From Adineta vaga (lineage: Eukaryota; Animalia; Rotifera), in NCBI GenBank assembly GCA_021613535.1, contig CP075495.1, positions 14,632,001 through 14,696,000 on the forward strand: a DNA stretch of 64,000 nt, in the 5' to 3' direction. The notes under the pieces are model-generated. The model had not been told where the DNA came from. It searched no databases and saw only the letters and a list, made by a program, of their open reading frames with translations. The translations under genes were made by a program, and so were the position numbers. Positions 28,901 through 42,352 of the stretch are shown one piece after another (within the stretch, counting starts at the first letter, position 1; every line of letters begins with the position of its first letter).

Positions 28901-29503
28901 ATTTTGATTATTTATCGGGAAGAGGAGAAAGAAATCTACCTGCAACACTAACTGGTCGACTTTCATTATCGGTACCAGTTACTCCAATGATAATTCCACT
29001 TGGAGCAGCTGAAGGTCCTCTAGATTTCGATGTCTTCTTCCCAATGGATGAATGCTGTTCTTCAACGAATCCTCCAGCATTTGATGGAGTCGCTGACATT
29101 ACTGAATAAGTTCCTACTGATGGATGTTGTTGTTGTTGCAATTGACTTTGAGAAGGATTCAATGGCATTTGTGTAAGTGGTGGTAGTGGAGGTGGTTGTG
29201 GTGGAAGTGAATGACCACGAATAAAAACAGGAATTTGTACAGGATATCCAGGAGGTGGTTCTCGACAGCATAATTCTATATCAGTAGCGAACTTGCCTGT
29301 ACATTGTTGTTGTTGTTGTTGTTGTTGCTGCTGCTGTTGTTCTAGAGAAAATTGTTCATCCATATAAAGAAGAAACAAGAAAAGAAAATGAAATAACCTT
29401 GTTCTATTATCGTTCCACCACCGCCAGTCGTGCTTGACACAATAATATTACCCTGGGAGGATTTCAATCCTTTAGTAAGATTTTCTAAACGTTTCGGTCC
29501 CAT
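25979..29503 (-). CDS. LRRC71: Leucine-rich repeat protein, LRRC71-like, multi-exon
   Basis: CTGKFATDIELCC, FFRPKLLVD, VSLDGNP, HLSLRYCNMTDLG, LLTLDLSGNEIGDQGAKSLATALRYNRTL, VLRRIVLTQEEIVRRRFLL, LRGNYALINLNL. Confidence 0.7.
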
Positions 29504-30319
29504 AATATATATACTATATTAAATAACAATCATGTCGACTAAAATCTGCATAATCCTTATGCCATTTTAACTTCAATATACATCGATACACCTCCATATC
29601 ACAGAACACTGATACGATAAACCGAACAGATGGCGCTCATTTTTATCTTTCATCATACATATTCTTCATGATTTCGTATGTAAATATATTTCAAACCAAC
29701 TTTATATCACAATCTAAATGTATAGAACTCATTTACATATGATACTAATTACATTCGCTTGACTGAATAATCATATATTCATAACTTTATCTATTCTTTT
29801 TGCAAATTAATTTGAGTGAAAGCAAATATCATAGGACTCATAAATTCTGATCTTGTTCTAATTTCAGTATTAAACCATAACATATGATTTACATTCTCAT
29901 TTAGAATACAGAGTATCCGATCATTGAGAGAAAAGAATGGATAAAATTAGTCGATGTAAATAGTATATTGTAATTTCTTTTGCGCGTTTTCTTTTCTTCG
30001 GTAAATAACAAGGTCATTTCTCTTTCGTAAGAACACAGTCATGTTTCACTGACATGCACATGAATAATTTAGAATCAATGAGAATTTTTACAATTTCATT
30101 GTCGTTATGTATTTCGAAAAAAAGAAAAAAAAAGAAACACGATGAGCTAGTTTATGTTAGCGCCGAGAAGATATATAATATATATGGATTTATTCGAAAC
30201 AGAGAAATAGAGAAAACTAAAGGCAAAATAGAAAAGAAAAAAACAAATAAACAAACAAACAGGTAGATAAACAATGATTTGCTCTGCTAGAATTTTTTCA
30301 ATAAGAGATACATATATAT

Positions 30320-33067
30320 TCACAGTTTTGCTTGACCACCTAATCCAGTTGCAAATAATACTTGTTTAGTTTTTTTGTTTTTCTTTTTCGTTGGAACACT
30401 CGTTTGAACTTCACCAATTGCAGACGCGGGATTTTCTTCACCATTGACAAGTTTAAGTTGATCAAAAACTCCTGCAAGACTAAAACTTGAATGAAAATTT
30501 GGTGCAGGTGCATAGTATTCTTCATCTTCATTCAATGGTTCATCTTCATTTGCATTATTATCTTTCTTATTCTTCGATTTTTTATTCTTCGTCGAAATTT
30601 CAATGGTTGAACTTTTTGTTGGAATCGGTTTATTCACGACGCTTGTTGATCTGATGATTGATGGTGGAGCTTGTTGTTTAAGCATTTGAGCAAATGAAAC
30701 ACCAGCTGGTGGAGATAAATTTTCATCCGATAATTGAACTGATGCTGAGGGTGGGGATGAGGATGTTACACTACTAATTATAGCTGGAAATTCTTCCATA
30801 GAATTGGTTCCATTGACAGGAAAACTTTCTTGTGGTATATACATCATTTCCGGAGGATCTATTTTAATGAAACAAAAAGAGTTGGTGGTCGTTTTGAAGA
30901 TGAATAGTTTTATTTACATTGGGTGAATAATTTTTGGCTTTCAACAAATTCTGCTTGTTGTTGTCGACGTTTTTCTAAACGTTCTTTACGTGTTCGTAAT
31001 TGTCGACGACGATGAAATTCATCTGAAATTTATCATACAAACGATGAAAATGAATGGAAAAGGGCAAGTTTTACCAGTAAATGATTGCATTGTTAATGGA
31101 GATATCAATGGTGGATGAAGACGAACTTCAATAACTTGAAATTCACATGTTAATGGCAAATGATTTAATGAACGAAATTGTGATCGAAGATCCTAAATAA
31201 AAACAAATCTATTTTGAACATACAAGTGAAATATTCTTAACTAACTTCAGTCATAAAATAACTTTCAATAGCTTCTACTCGAACATGAATTTCATCGGGA
31301 CACTGCTGATAAGAACCATATTCATGTAATAACATTCGAGTATTAAATCCGTTCAAATATGTATGATAGATGTCGTCCGCTAAAAGTTAGACAACATTAT
31401 TTCATGATTTGATTGATAAATGTCTATTTACCTTGATAAAAATAGTGTTGATTTGATTGAATATTTGACGCTGATGTTGGTTGAGACATAGTTGTATCTA
31501 TAATTATATCAGATAGATAAAGGAAATAGTAGACGATCAATATTCACCGGAAGATAAAGGTGGAATTGTATCAGATATTTTTTCTTGATGAGTTGATACT
31601 TTTTCTTCAGGTACAGGTACAGGTACAACGATATCATCGAAAGCATTATCATAGACTAATAACAGCTAAAATATAAATTTGAATTATGAAAAAAATCGTC
31701 GATAGTTTGTTTTCGACATACTTTTGTTGGTAATAAATTTACTTGTGCTTCTTCTACTTCTTCTTTTGGTTGTTTAGGTATTAATTTAATTTCTTCGTGA
31801 GGTTTTCTGAAACGAAGTCGTTCTTGAACAACTTTTTCTCTTTCCTATTCAAGAACAACAAAACATAAGTTTTTGCTTTTCGTTTGAAAGATGAATCATT
31901 TACATTATTTTCTTCTAATGCTTGTTTAATAAAACAAGCTTCAGGTTGATCACCATCATCTTCTAATTGTTTCAATAATTCTAATTTTTCCTTTTCAAGA
32001 ATTTCATTCAAAATAATTTCATCACTAGCAGATAATAAATGAGCATATTGTTGTTTATTTGTATCCAATATTAAAGATTCAGGTTCACGATGTTGATGAA
32101 CAATAGGTTGAAAATTATTTCGTGTACAGAAAAGTACTGAACCACGTTCACGACACATTAATCGAAATGTAATCGAATCACCTACTTTCAATGAACGAGA
32201 AACAATACCACGAACACTAAAGTATCAATTCAAAATTTTTTAATGATATTGAAGAAAAAAGTCAACACAAACCTTCGAATATCTTGTTTATAAATTGATT
32301 CCGAACAAACTGGACATTTTCGCCAAGGTTTATCACTCAATGCTAAATAATGTAATAGACATGACCAACAATAAACATGTCCGCAACGTGTTATTTTTCC
32401 TGCTTGTGGTTCGGATAAACAAATTGGACATTTTAATGGTTGCATTGAATGAAGACGAACTTGTTCAACACGTAACCAATCAATAGCTAAATCCGGATCA
32501 GCAAAATGAACAGAATAATCAACTAAACCTGATTGAACAACAAATTGACAACTAATTATTTGAAACAAAAAGAAGACGAAAATCATTTGTTTAGAAACGG
32601 AAAAAGAATCGTTTTAATTTACTTTGCTTGAAGAAATTGTTCTTTGGAAAATGATTGTTTATAAGTTGAATTTCCACGCCATTTATTATCATGTGAATAA
32701 TAATTCGAATTAGATGATCGACGATTTCCACGAATATTACTACGTTGTTTATCAAGATAATGAAAATTGAGTAAATGACTCATATTAGCCTTTTTTGCAT
32801 TGGTACTACTACGACTTTTATTATTGAATGAATCATCAAATTCAAAAACTTCATTGAATCGATCATCATCAACAGCATTTTCATCTTCCGCACCAACATA
32901 ATCAAAATAATCAGCTTGTTCAGTCTAGATTCATTTATAAGATTAACTTTAGAAACAATTGAACTACTTACATGATGCGAATTGTTTTGTTCATTATTTC
33001 GATATCTCATATTACTACTGTTGATATTTCTTTGTCCTCGTTGATTATTTCCTCGATATTGTTTTCC

Positions 33068-33099
<32 letters not shown>

Positions 33100-33332
33100 G
33101 AATTTCTTTATTATAACAACGTGCATTTGATTTATTATATTTCGGTGAAGCCGTTAAATCACCACTACCTATTAAATAAAGAAGACATAATTGAATATAG
33201 ATTCAAGATATTCTTTGAGTTTTACTGACCATTGTTTGCCTTTTTTCGATTGGCTATACTGTTATTATTGTTTCCATTTCCTCCTGCATTAAATTGTCGT
33301 TGTTCACCACTGGAATTAATATTGTCGACCAT
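30320..33332 (-). CDS. RNF10: RING finger protein 10 E3 ligase, multi-exon
   Basis: SHLLNFHY, FSKEQFLQANCQFVV, DPDLAIDW, CPICL...KITRCGHVYCWSCLLHYLALSDKPWRKCPVC, YFYQ, SFAQML, C-terminal KKKNKKTKQVLFATG. Confidence 0.9.
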
Positions 33333-35029
33333 TTTCCGCGTTCCCAAATGATTGATTTGGTTGTGAGATAAGTTAAGTTCACCTTGCTTACTCTCTTGTT
33401 GATGTTTATGAATTGTTTTTTGTCGTTCTTCGTCGTGTTGAATGTGTTCGAAACTTTCGTAATCATCGTTTTTTTCACAAATCAGATTTGTCGGCCATAA
33501 TGATAAAATTGTAGAATTCAATTGATTATTTTGATGATCGTTAGTGTGAAGTAAATTCGTTGAATTTGAATATGACGACAGAGTGGAAAATTAATCCTCG
33601 GATACTCAAAAAGAGTCAGTTCCCAAAGATATTTGAGAAGAGAAGAATATAAAGTCGCTTTTGAATAAAAGAATTACGTTAATATCTAGCACTGCAATGT
33701 TACAGTACTAGTCAGACAATCGCTCACAAAATACTACTAACAATTGAGAAAAATAGTATGTAAACAAATAAATATCGTCAGCAAGTGGGCGAGGACATAG
33801 TACATGTTCTGATAGTGAGACGATTTTTTTCGAAAAGAAATTATTTTTTATTTAGTTAAGATTTTATAGAGCAAAATAAATTCGAATTTTGAATTTATTA
33901 TTGTATTGACATTTACGAAAAAACAACTATCTTCTATAGTATTAGAGCGACATCTTCTGACGAAAGTGCGAGATTTCGATATTTTAATAAATATACATAT
34001 ACTTTTCTTATACTATCTTGATTGAAGGTGAACGTGTGCGTATAGATATGGTTTATGATATTCGAAAGGATGGTGTTTTTGGAAAATTTAATGGATTAAC
34101 TATACAATCGACTGATACCGATACTTTATGTTATCAACAGGATATAACAAATTGATGATGTTCTCAAATATTTATATTAGAAAAATCAACACACACATTG
34201 AATTCATTAGGACAATTCTTAGCATCAAAATATCTCAAAAAGCAATACACTAGATATATTAATTAAATTATCGCTAACAACAGATTATTTTTATCTACAT
34301 TGCAACGTGCATGGAAAAAGACATTTGAACAAATCGACATCATTAGTTTATATCTAATGGAGAATTATAGTCGTCATCAGTCAAATGATGGAAACTATTG
34401 ATTGGATAGATATTTCTACTTCCTCAAAACAAAAAATCTGACAGCAGATCATATTTTACATTCTACAGAATTTCGTTTGAAGAATACTAGGTTTTATTAG
34501 CAATCAAATATCTTCTTGCATCCAAGCAGTAAAGACAACAATAGATTTCATATGTGTCTATATTACTTGCATAGACTATTATACTAGTTATATTTAATAG
34601 CAACAAGTAGATGTTTCTAAACAAGGAATTGCATCACTTTGTATTTGTTTCTTAATAGAAAAATATTCTTTTTTTTTAAGAGTTCAACCAATAATTAACG
34701 AAATAATAAGAACAATTATATGATTCGATCGAATAACAATGTTACGCATTGATAATTAAGAGTTCTAAAAAATACGTCCTGATCTTAGAAAGTTTATTCT
34801 ATATCTTTGATTGATTTTAGTATGATGATGATGATAACTCAAAGTTGCCGTTTGAAAGAAAGGTCATATGTTCTTATTGATCACATCCTTACACTATTTC
34901 GCCGAAAAATTAGCTCAACTTAATGAACAAATATCTAGTTATGTATGAATCTTGAATGCTGAATAATCATAAAATCTATGACAGTCCCGTAGTATATAAG
35001 AAAGAGATTTATTTTGTACTTTCAATATA

Positions 35030-35450
35030 TTTTATTTTCGTTCCAATTGACTTAACTTTTTATGATAAGATCTTATGTATCTCGAAGTTGTTTTCGTGCT
35101 TTTCTTTTTTTTTGATAATACTCGACGAGTTTCATCACCATTTGCCCATTGTTATGTTGAATCTAGAAAATTTCGAACAGTATCTCGATGGGCTGTTTCA
35201 CCTAAGACCGTTCCTTCTGTATCAGCACGAAAAATAGCATACATGGCATTATGTTTATCTGTTGGTAAATGAGAAAATTGTCCTTTGATATGTTCTTTTG
35301 GATGAATACAATAAACTGGTCGACCCATTTTTATTCATTATCTGATAAATATGGGATAACCTTACTTTTCATTCATATTCTTCGCACAATAATTTACCGA
35401 CACGTGCAAAAGTAGTTTTCGTACGTATTTCATCACTATCATTGAAATAA
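35030..35450 (-). pseudogene. Probable decayed coding fragment, identity unknown
   Basis: Protein-like translation (GRPVYCIHPKEH...YAIFRADTEGTVLGE...) interrupted by in-frame stops, with residual splice signals. Confidence 0.3.
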
Positions 35451-36585
35451 GTGGTTAAAATTTTTCACCATTATAAATTTATCTTCTTCAAAATTGAATT
35501 GTTGTATATTGAAAGCTTTAAGAATTTTCTATTTTCTTACGTAAATATCCCGATTTGCTTCGTCACATTGTTTTTTGTTTTCTACCTTCAATTTAAAGTT
35601 GATAAACGAAGACGTTTTATCATAACTCGACTTATTATCCAGTATATAAATGCAATAGAAGAATACATAATTACTATCCTGAAATATAATTTTCTTTATA
35701 TATCTGTTATTCGGACTAGTATTCGTCACACGGAGTTTTTTTTATTATACTTAATCTTTCTTTCTTATGTTTCAGTACAAATAATAATATCAATGTACAG
35801 AATTTTTAGTTTAAAAGAAAATAGGTCTTTCATAATAATAATAAATCTGAAATACAGATAAATAATATTCTTTCCAGGGATATATACCATAAGATGAAAT
35901 TTCCATACTTATGCAATAAAATCCATTCTCTCCTTGCAACAACTGTGAATAAGTTAAAAAAAAGATTGTAGATTAAATTGAAAGTGTTATTTAAATTACC
36001 CTAATATAGATATTTACAAAACGTTTGTAGCACACTACTTCTTCATCGATGATTCAGAACGAGTACATCATAAACATGTAAAAGAACATGCAAAGATAAC
36101 TATCTTAGTTATAAACATCAAAGTGACATATATGGTAAGGTAAAAAAACCAAAAACATATTTTGAAAATGATGCAAGTGAATACGATAGAGTAAAAAAAT
36201 CTCATCAGATTTTTCCATATTTGGTATTTTTCTCTTCACCAATCTTGTATAATGCAATTCAAGGCAATCAATGTAATCATTTTTTGTTCTGCATTTCGTT
36301 TCAATAATGATATTCTGTACTTGCATAATAACATTGAAATTTTACCTGTGACTCAACTATGACTCCGTTTTTACATCATCTCTAACACAGAAAAAAACAA
36401 ACTAAGCGTTAGTCATGTGCTAATACACAAGAAAAGAAACGAAATTTCATAATTCAATTGGACTTCATCGCATGTATAAAAAGGAATATGCGAAGCGGAA
36501 AAGTATTACATTTATTCTTATGCACTGAAAGATAAATTAATTTCGTGTTCTCACATTACTTCTTTTAAAACTCTATGATAACACA

Positions 36586-37659
36586 ATGTCGACTGAAAAC
36601 GAAAGTCAGAATATACCTATATCTCAGAAAGAATCGGAGGTATCACCGGAGAAAATTATCATTATAACATGTGCAACATGTGAAGCAACAATTGATGAAA
36701 ATCAAACTAAAATGGTATGTAAAAATAATCAATGTGGAGTGACTACTTGTGCTGTGTGTACAAAATTAATGATTGAGGTTATGTTTGGACAACCTGTTCT
36801 AAATTATCCATTAAAATGTGGTGCCTGTGATAGTGCATATGATATGGTCGAAGTTGATCAACTTCTTACTAGACATATTTGTTATGAACAATATGTTGCT
36901 TTCGTTCTTCCATTATTTTGGTCTAAAGATTGTCTTAACAACAATGAAACATTAGCCCAATGTATGTTTATCGAATTTCATTAGTTATTTTTTCTAAAAT
37001 TATGCCATATTCTTCTAGGTCCATTTTGTCCCTATGTGGAAATTCATACTACTGATGCGTGTCCACTCCAATTTTTGACTTGTCAACAACCATCATGTGC
37101 TAAAAGATCTTGTTTAATCTGTCTTCATGAAATAACTGATGATGAATCCATCCATCGATCTCGTTGTGTAGAACTTCAATCTCATAAACAAATGGTTGAA
37201 AACGCAATTGACACAGGATCAACACAACAATGTCCTCACTGTCAATTGACTGGTATTAAAGATGATGGTTGTACACATATGACATGTGAACGATGTGGAT
37301 TAACATGGTGTTATTTATGTGGGATGAAAGAAGAAGAATGTTTAGTGGATGCGAATGCTGATCAAAGTTTTGCAGCACATAATAATGAATGGGAGAACCA
37401 TGAAGGTCGTTGTCCAATGAGTTTGGTTAGTATTCATGAACTTGATGATCGATGGCCAGAGACAGATGAAGGTTGTCTCGAATTTTTTCATCGCTATCGA
37501 ACATTATGTCAATTATATGATGTGATGAAGATTGTTGGAGAAGAGAGATTAAATGAACTTGATGAAACATTCGGTATTATTAATAGCTCAGGTTATACAA
37601 TAAACGAAATAAAAGATTATGAAAATCGAATATTAATTAATTATCAAAATGATGAATAA
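36586..37659 (+). CDS. RBR (RING-IBR-Rcat)-type E3 ubiquitin ligase, 2 exons
   Basis: Cys-rich RING-like N-terminus; IBR-like CPFC...CQQPSC...CLIC...H...C; Rcat CPHCQLTGIKDDGCTHMTCERCGLTWCYLC with the GCxHM catalytic motif; intron ~36962-37018. Confidence 0.85.
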
Positions 37660-38362
37660 TAAACTTTCAATTTTCCTTCACGATTGAAGTAGTGTAATAT
37701 TTTGTTAAAATAAAATTTTCTTTTTTAATGTGAAAAATTCTTCCTTTTTTTCTTTACGGAGAATGATTCGAGAATACTTACTGCTTAATTTTTTCGTAAA
37801 GAACGAGAAGTTAGTTGCATTGCAATCTGATGATGTGTTAGGTAAGAAAATATGTCATGATTGATATTTGTGCATATTACAGACCCAATGAACCAGATAC
37901 AACATTACTTACAGAAAATTATTGTTGATTAAATCAGCATGGAACAAATTTGATCAACGTACAAATGACACATAAACAAATATCAGAAATTGATAATGGA
38001 CTCATATTTAAATTAAACAAAAATTTCTATTCAATACTTTTAAAATCTATACATACGTTGCAATCAACACTCAATCTACTATGTAAAAGATCCATTTCTA
38101 GAATGAGAAAACATGTTTTCATCATAGTGTAACATTACATCGAAGTACGAGATATGCGTGATAATTATGTTAGATTGTTGAATGATATGGGTAGTAAAAT
38201 GACGATTCTGCTCTTTGGTCTTTACTCACGTTCTGCTTTTCGTTAATGTCTACTGGTGTAAAATGTTTTCGTTTCACTATTTCTTGCTATGCTCATCAAT
38301 TTATTTTTCTTCTTTGTAGAAATATCTAAACTATTTGATATTTGATATTTCTTTTCGTAAGA

Positions 38363-39513
38363 ATGGGTCAAGAAGAGTCAGTGCCAGTTCAGACAGGTAT
38401 GTCATGTTCTTTTACTCTTGATAACAAAATTTTATATGTTTCAAATATGAATAGAGAATCCTGCACCAGCAGCACTACAATCGAATTGGCGGCATGCCCT
38501 TCAGAATTTAGAACTTGAAGGACGAGAACTATCGATTAACAAAGGTCAATATAAGTTTGGTCATGAACTTGGTTCGGGAGCGTTTGGGACTGTTTATTCT
38601 GCTCGGCGTCTAGAAGATAGTACGTTTTATTATTATTTGTTCGTCAAAGTTAATATAAATATAATATTTGATATTGTTTAGATAAAGCAGTGGCGATCAA
38701 AGTTGTTTCACTTGTTACATTGAAAAATAAAGGATTAACAATTACAAAGTCGGTTCTAACAGAAATTGAAATGTCAAAGAGGTTATCACAAGCATCGAGT
38801 CTTGTCGTTCGAATGTTTGATTTTGATTTTCATCGAAAAACTGGTTTAGCATTTCTTATCATGGAACTTGGAGAACGTGATCTAGAAAAATTTCTCAAAG
38901 ATCGACAACGTCTTACAGCGTCAGAAAGAAAAGAAGTTTGGCGACAATGTGTTGATATTGCTATGACTCTCCACAATCATAAAATTGTAATTATTAATGC
39001 TCTTTTCTTCTTTATCGCCATCGATTGCTTATTTATTTAGGTACATCTGGATATTAAACCTCACAATCTTATCGTATTCCCAGGTAATAGAATCAAATTA
39101 GCTGATCTTGGTATTGCTCAAAAAGTCCACAAACATCGGTAAGTATATTTCATCTTAGAAAAACAACAAATGACTAACTGTTGAATGAATCGAAACTAAC
39201 TTTTCTTTTTATCTGTAGTGTTGGTAGAAATGGTACATGGCTATATTCAGCACCTGAAGTAGCAAATGCTGCACGTAATCAAATGATGTTGAATACATCA
39301 AAAGCAGATGTTTGGTCATGGGGTGCTGTTTTATATCGTATAACCTATTTACAACCACCAAAATATACTCAACCATGTTATCAACCTCCAAAACATCGCG
39401 TAGCATCGAAGAATCCAAATCTTGTGGATTTACTAAAGCATACACTCGTTGTTGATCCAGCAGAAAGAGCAGATCCACCGTGGCTCTCACAGCATCCATA
39501 TACAACATCTTAA
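38363..39513 (+). CDS. Protein kinase, Mps1/TTK-like catalytic domain only, copy 1 (5 coding exons)
   Basis: LGSGAFGTVY, VAIK, IMELGERDL, HLDIKPHN, ADLGIAQK, GTWLYSAPE, ADVWSWGAVLYRITY; starts MGQEES. Confidence 0.85.
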
Positions 39514-40997
39514 AATAGAATTCTACTGACTTTTTTCTCAATTTTATGTCAATGCTCATGCGTGATTAGTTTTTACTAAAAATAGACAACATATAGAATA
39601 TCTACATTCATTTTTGTAAGAGAAAAACAACTGATTTGAGAGTACAGGTGACGAAGGAGAACATACACCTGAGTTATGGAATTTTCTACTTTAATGTTTC
39701 ATCATCGTCTCATAGATCGATATAAAACGTTGTTCGATATGAAGGATATTTTTTATGGTATGACTGAGCAGTTGGATACGCATTATTTTATAGTTGTATA
39801 TAAGGAGAAGTGTACGAACTCTTTCATACTCATTGATAGAGAGATGTTGAATACTTATTATTCGCACGCACTAGAGTCTTATGTAACTAATATCGAACAA
39901 TTCTTCTTATTGTTCATGCATGACTAAAACTGGCTTGTGACCATATTCTACTGAATACTCTTTATATAACATTCGATTACTACTAGAAATCTTTGATTGA
40001 ATTTAATATTATAGAACTATACTTTATTTCATATACGGAAAAAACATTTACATCTTGAGGGTGTGGATTAAGAGCATAGCCTCATGTACACCCATACCCA
40101 AACCCTCAAAATTATCCATTAAATGTTGTTTTAGAAATTTTCGATTAACATTTAGATTTAGTGAGTGAGTAAATCTGTGTTTTTAATATTACAAATAACA
40201 TTTTCCATTATCTTACTGTAATTTTTTAAAACTCCGTTGTCAAATATCGAAATGAAGAAATAAAACAGTTGTGATTCAACAAAGTAACTATCATTAGTAT
40301 TATATTGTACGTCATTTATTCATTGCTATATCTCAATAAAATAAGATGAAATATATGGATTTAATCAATCGAACGAACCATTCCTCAATAGTGTTTGAAC
40401 CGATATTTTTCAATCATGCGGGCTACTGTGTATGACATAAAATTAATTTCGATGCAATCTGATGATGTGTTAGGTAAGAGAAGATGTTATGTTTGATATT
40501 TTTTGCATAGTACAGCACTAATAAACCAAATTTAACATCAACTCTAGTTAATTATTCTTAATTAAGTTCCAAAAACATTACCTTCACATTGCAAAATCAT
40601 TATGGAACAAATTTGATGAGCATTTTATTAGTTTTCGAATTAAACAACGTCATACAATTGACTCATGAATAAAATACTAATGACACATTGACAAACATTT
40701 GAACGATATGAACAAAAATGTGAACAGATACTTTGAAAATATGTGAGAGCATGGTGAGAAATTCGTATTCTACTTTTTCTTCGGAATAACGCACTTTTTG
40801 AATAAGAAAACATGTTTTTCTTTAATTTTACTGAAACATTACGTCGAAATACGAGATACGCATGATTCTCATTACGATCTACCTGTGTCCAATGTTTTCG
40901 TTTCACTATTTCGTGTCATGCTCATCAATTTATTTCTTTTTCTTTTCTTTGTAGAAATATCTAAACTACTAGATATTCGATATTTTGTTTCGTAAAC

Positions 40998-42104
40998 ATG
41001 GGTCAAGAAGAATCGGTACAAGCTCGAACAGGTATGTCATGTTCTTTTAACAAAATGTTACATCTTTCAAATAGGAATAGAAAATCCTGTACCAGCATTA
41101 CTTCCCGATTGGCGAAATACTATTGAAAATTTAGCACATGAAGGAAGACCAGTAACTATCAATAAGGGTCAATATAAGTTTGGTCCTGAAGTTGGTTCGG
41201 GAGCGTATGGGACCGTTTATTCTGCTCGGCGTGCAGTGGATAGTAAATTTAATCATGATAATATTTGATTTGATGATCACATTGTGCTTGGCATTGTTTA
41301 GATAAAGCGGTGGCGATCAAAATTGTTTCACTTGTTACATTGAGCAATAAAGAAGGGTTGATGCTTACAAATTCGATTCTTACTGAAATTGAAATGTCAA
41401 AACGTTTATCACAAGCATCGAATCATGTTGTTCGAATGTTTGATTTTGATTTTCATCGAAAAACTGGTTTAGCATTTCTCATCATGGAACTTGGAGAACG
41501 TGATCTAGAAAAATTTCTCAGAGATCGACAACGTCTTACTGCACCAGAAAGAAAAGAAGTTTGGCGACAATGTGTTGATATTGCTATGACTCTCCACAAT
41601 CATAAAATTGTGATTAATAATATCCTTTTCTTTATCTTTATCTATTACTTATTCATTTAGGTGCATCTGGATATTAAACCTCGAAATCTAGTTATTTTTC
41701 CAGGTAATAGAATTAAATTAGTTGACCTTGGTATTGCTCAAAAAGCACACAAACATCGGTGAGTATATTTTATCGAATGAATAAGATTACTTTTTGTGTA
41801 TACATGTAGGGTCGGCAGTAATGGTACATGGTTTTACTCAGCACCTGAAGTAACAAATGCTGCACGTAATCAAATGATGTTGAATACATCAAAAGCAGAT
41901 GTTTGGTCATGGGGTGCTGTTCTATATCGTATAACCTATTTACAACCACCAAAATATACTCAACCATGTTATCAACCTCCAAAACATCTCGTATCATCAA
42001 AAGATCCGAATCTTGTCGATGTTCTAAAACATACATTGGTTGTTAATCCAGCGGATAGAGCAGATCCGCCATGGCTCGCACGACATGCATATACAACATC
42101 CTAA
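40998..42104 (+). CDS. Protein kinase, Mps1/TTK-like, tandem copy 2
   Basis: Same exon structure as copy 1; VGSGAYGTVY, HLDIKPRN, VDLGIAQK, GTWFYSAPE. Confidence 0.85.
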
Positions 42105-42352
42105 AACAGATTTCTACTGATCTTTTATCTCAGTTTTATGTCTTTATTCCTCGATAATCACTTTTTACTAAAGAAAGAAAACAAATTGAAAAAGAAATGG
42201 AATTCGTTGATTTTTATAAAACAAAAATAACTTTCTTTCGTGTTTAAAATAAATAAATAAATAAAAATAACGTTCTTGATTAGAAAGACAATGTCATTCA
42301 TAGAATAAATCTGACAGAGAGAAAAAAAATATCAAAATAAAACTAATGAATT

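Larger units (their letters stand above)
37820..42170 (+). repeat. Tandem duplication (~37820-39580 vs ~40453-42170) carrying the kinase gene and a probable 5' non-coding exon
   Basis: TGCAATCTGATGATGTGTTAGGTAAGA at 37821 and 40453; shared intron and 3' flank similarity. Confidence 0.85.

Noticed and set aside
29304-29340. (CAA/CAG)n, (GAT)n and (TA)n microsatellites (also ~33070, ~2390, ~47241, ~49424)
   Set aside because: Ordinary low-complexity polyQ/polyH or intronic tracts
37820-37850. CTGATGA...GAAA resembling a hammerhead ribozyme core (also at 40453)
   Set aside because: No convincing stems, and the second copy lacks GAAA; better explained as a conserved 5'UTR exon end with donor AG|GTAAGA
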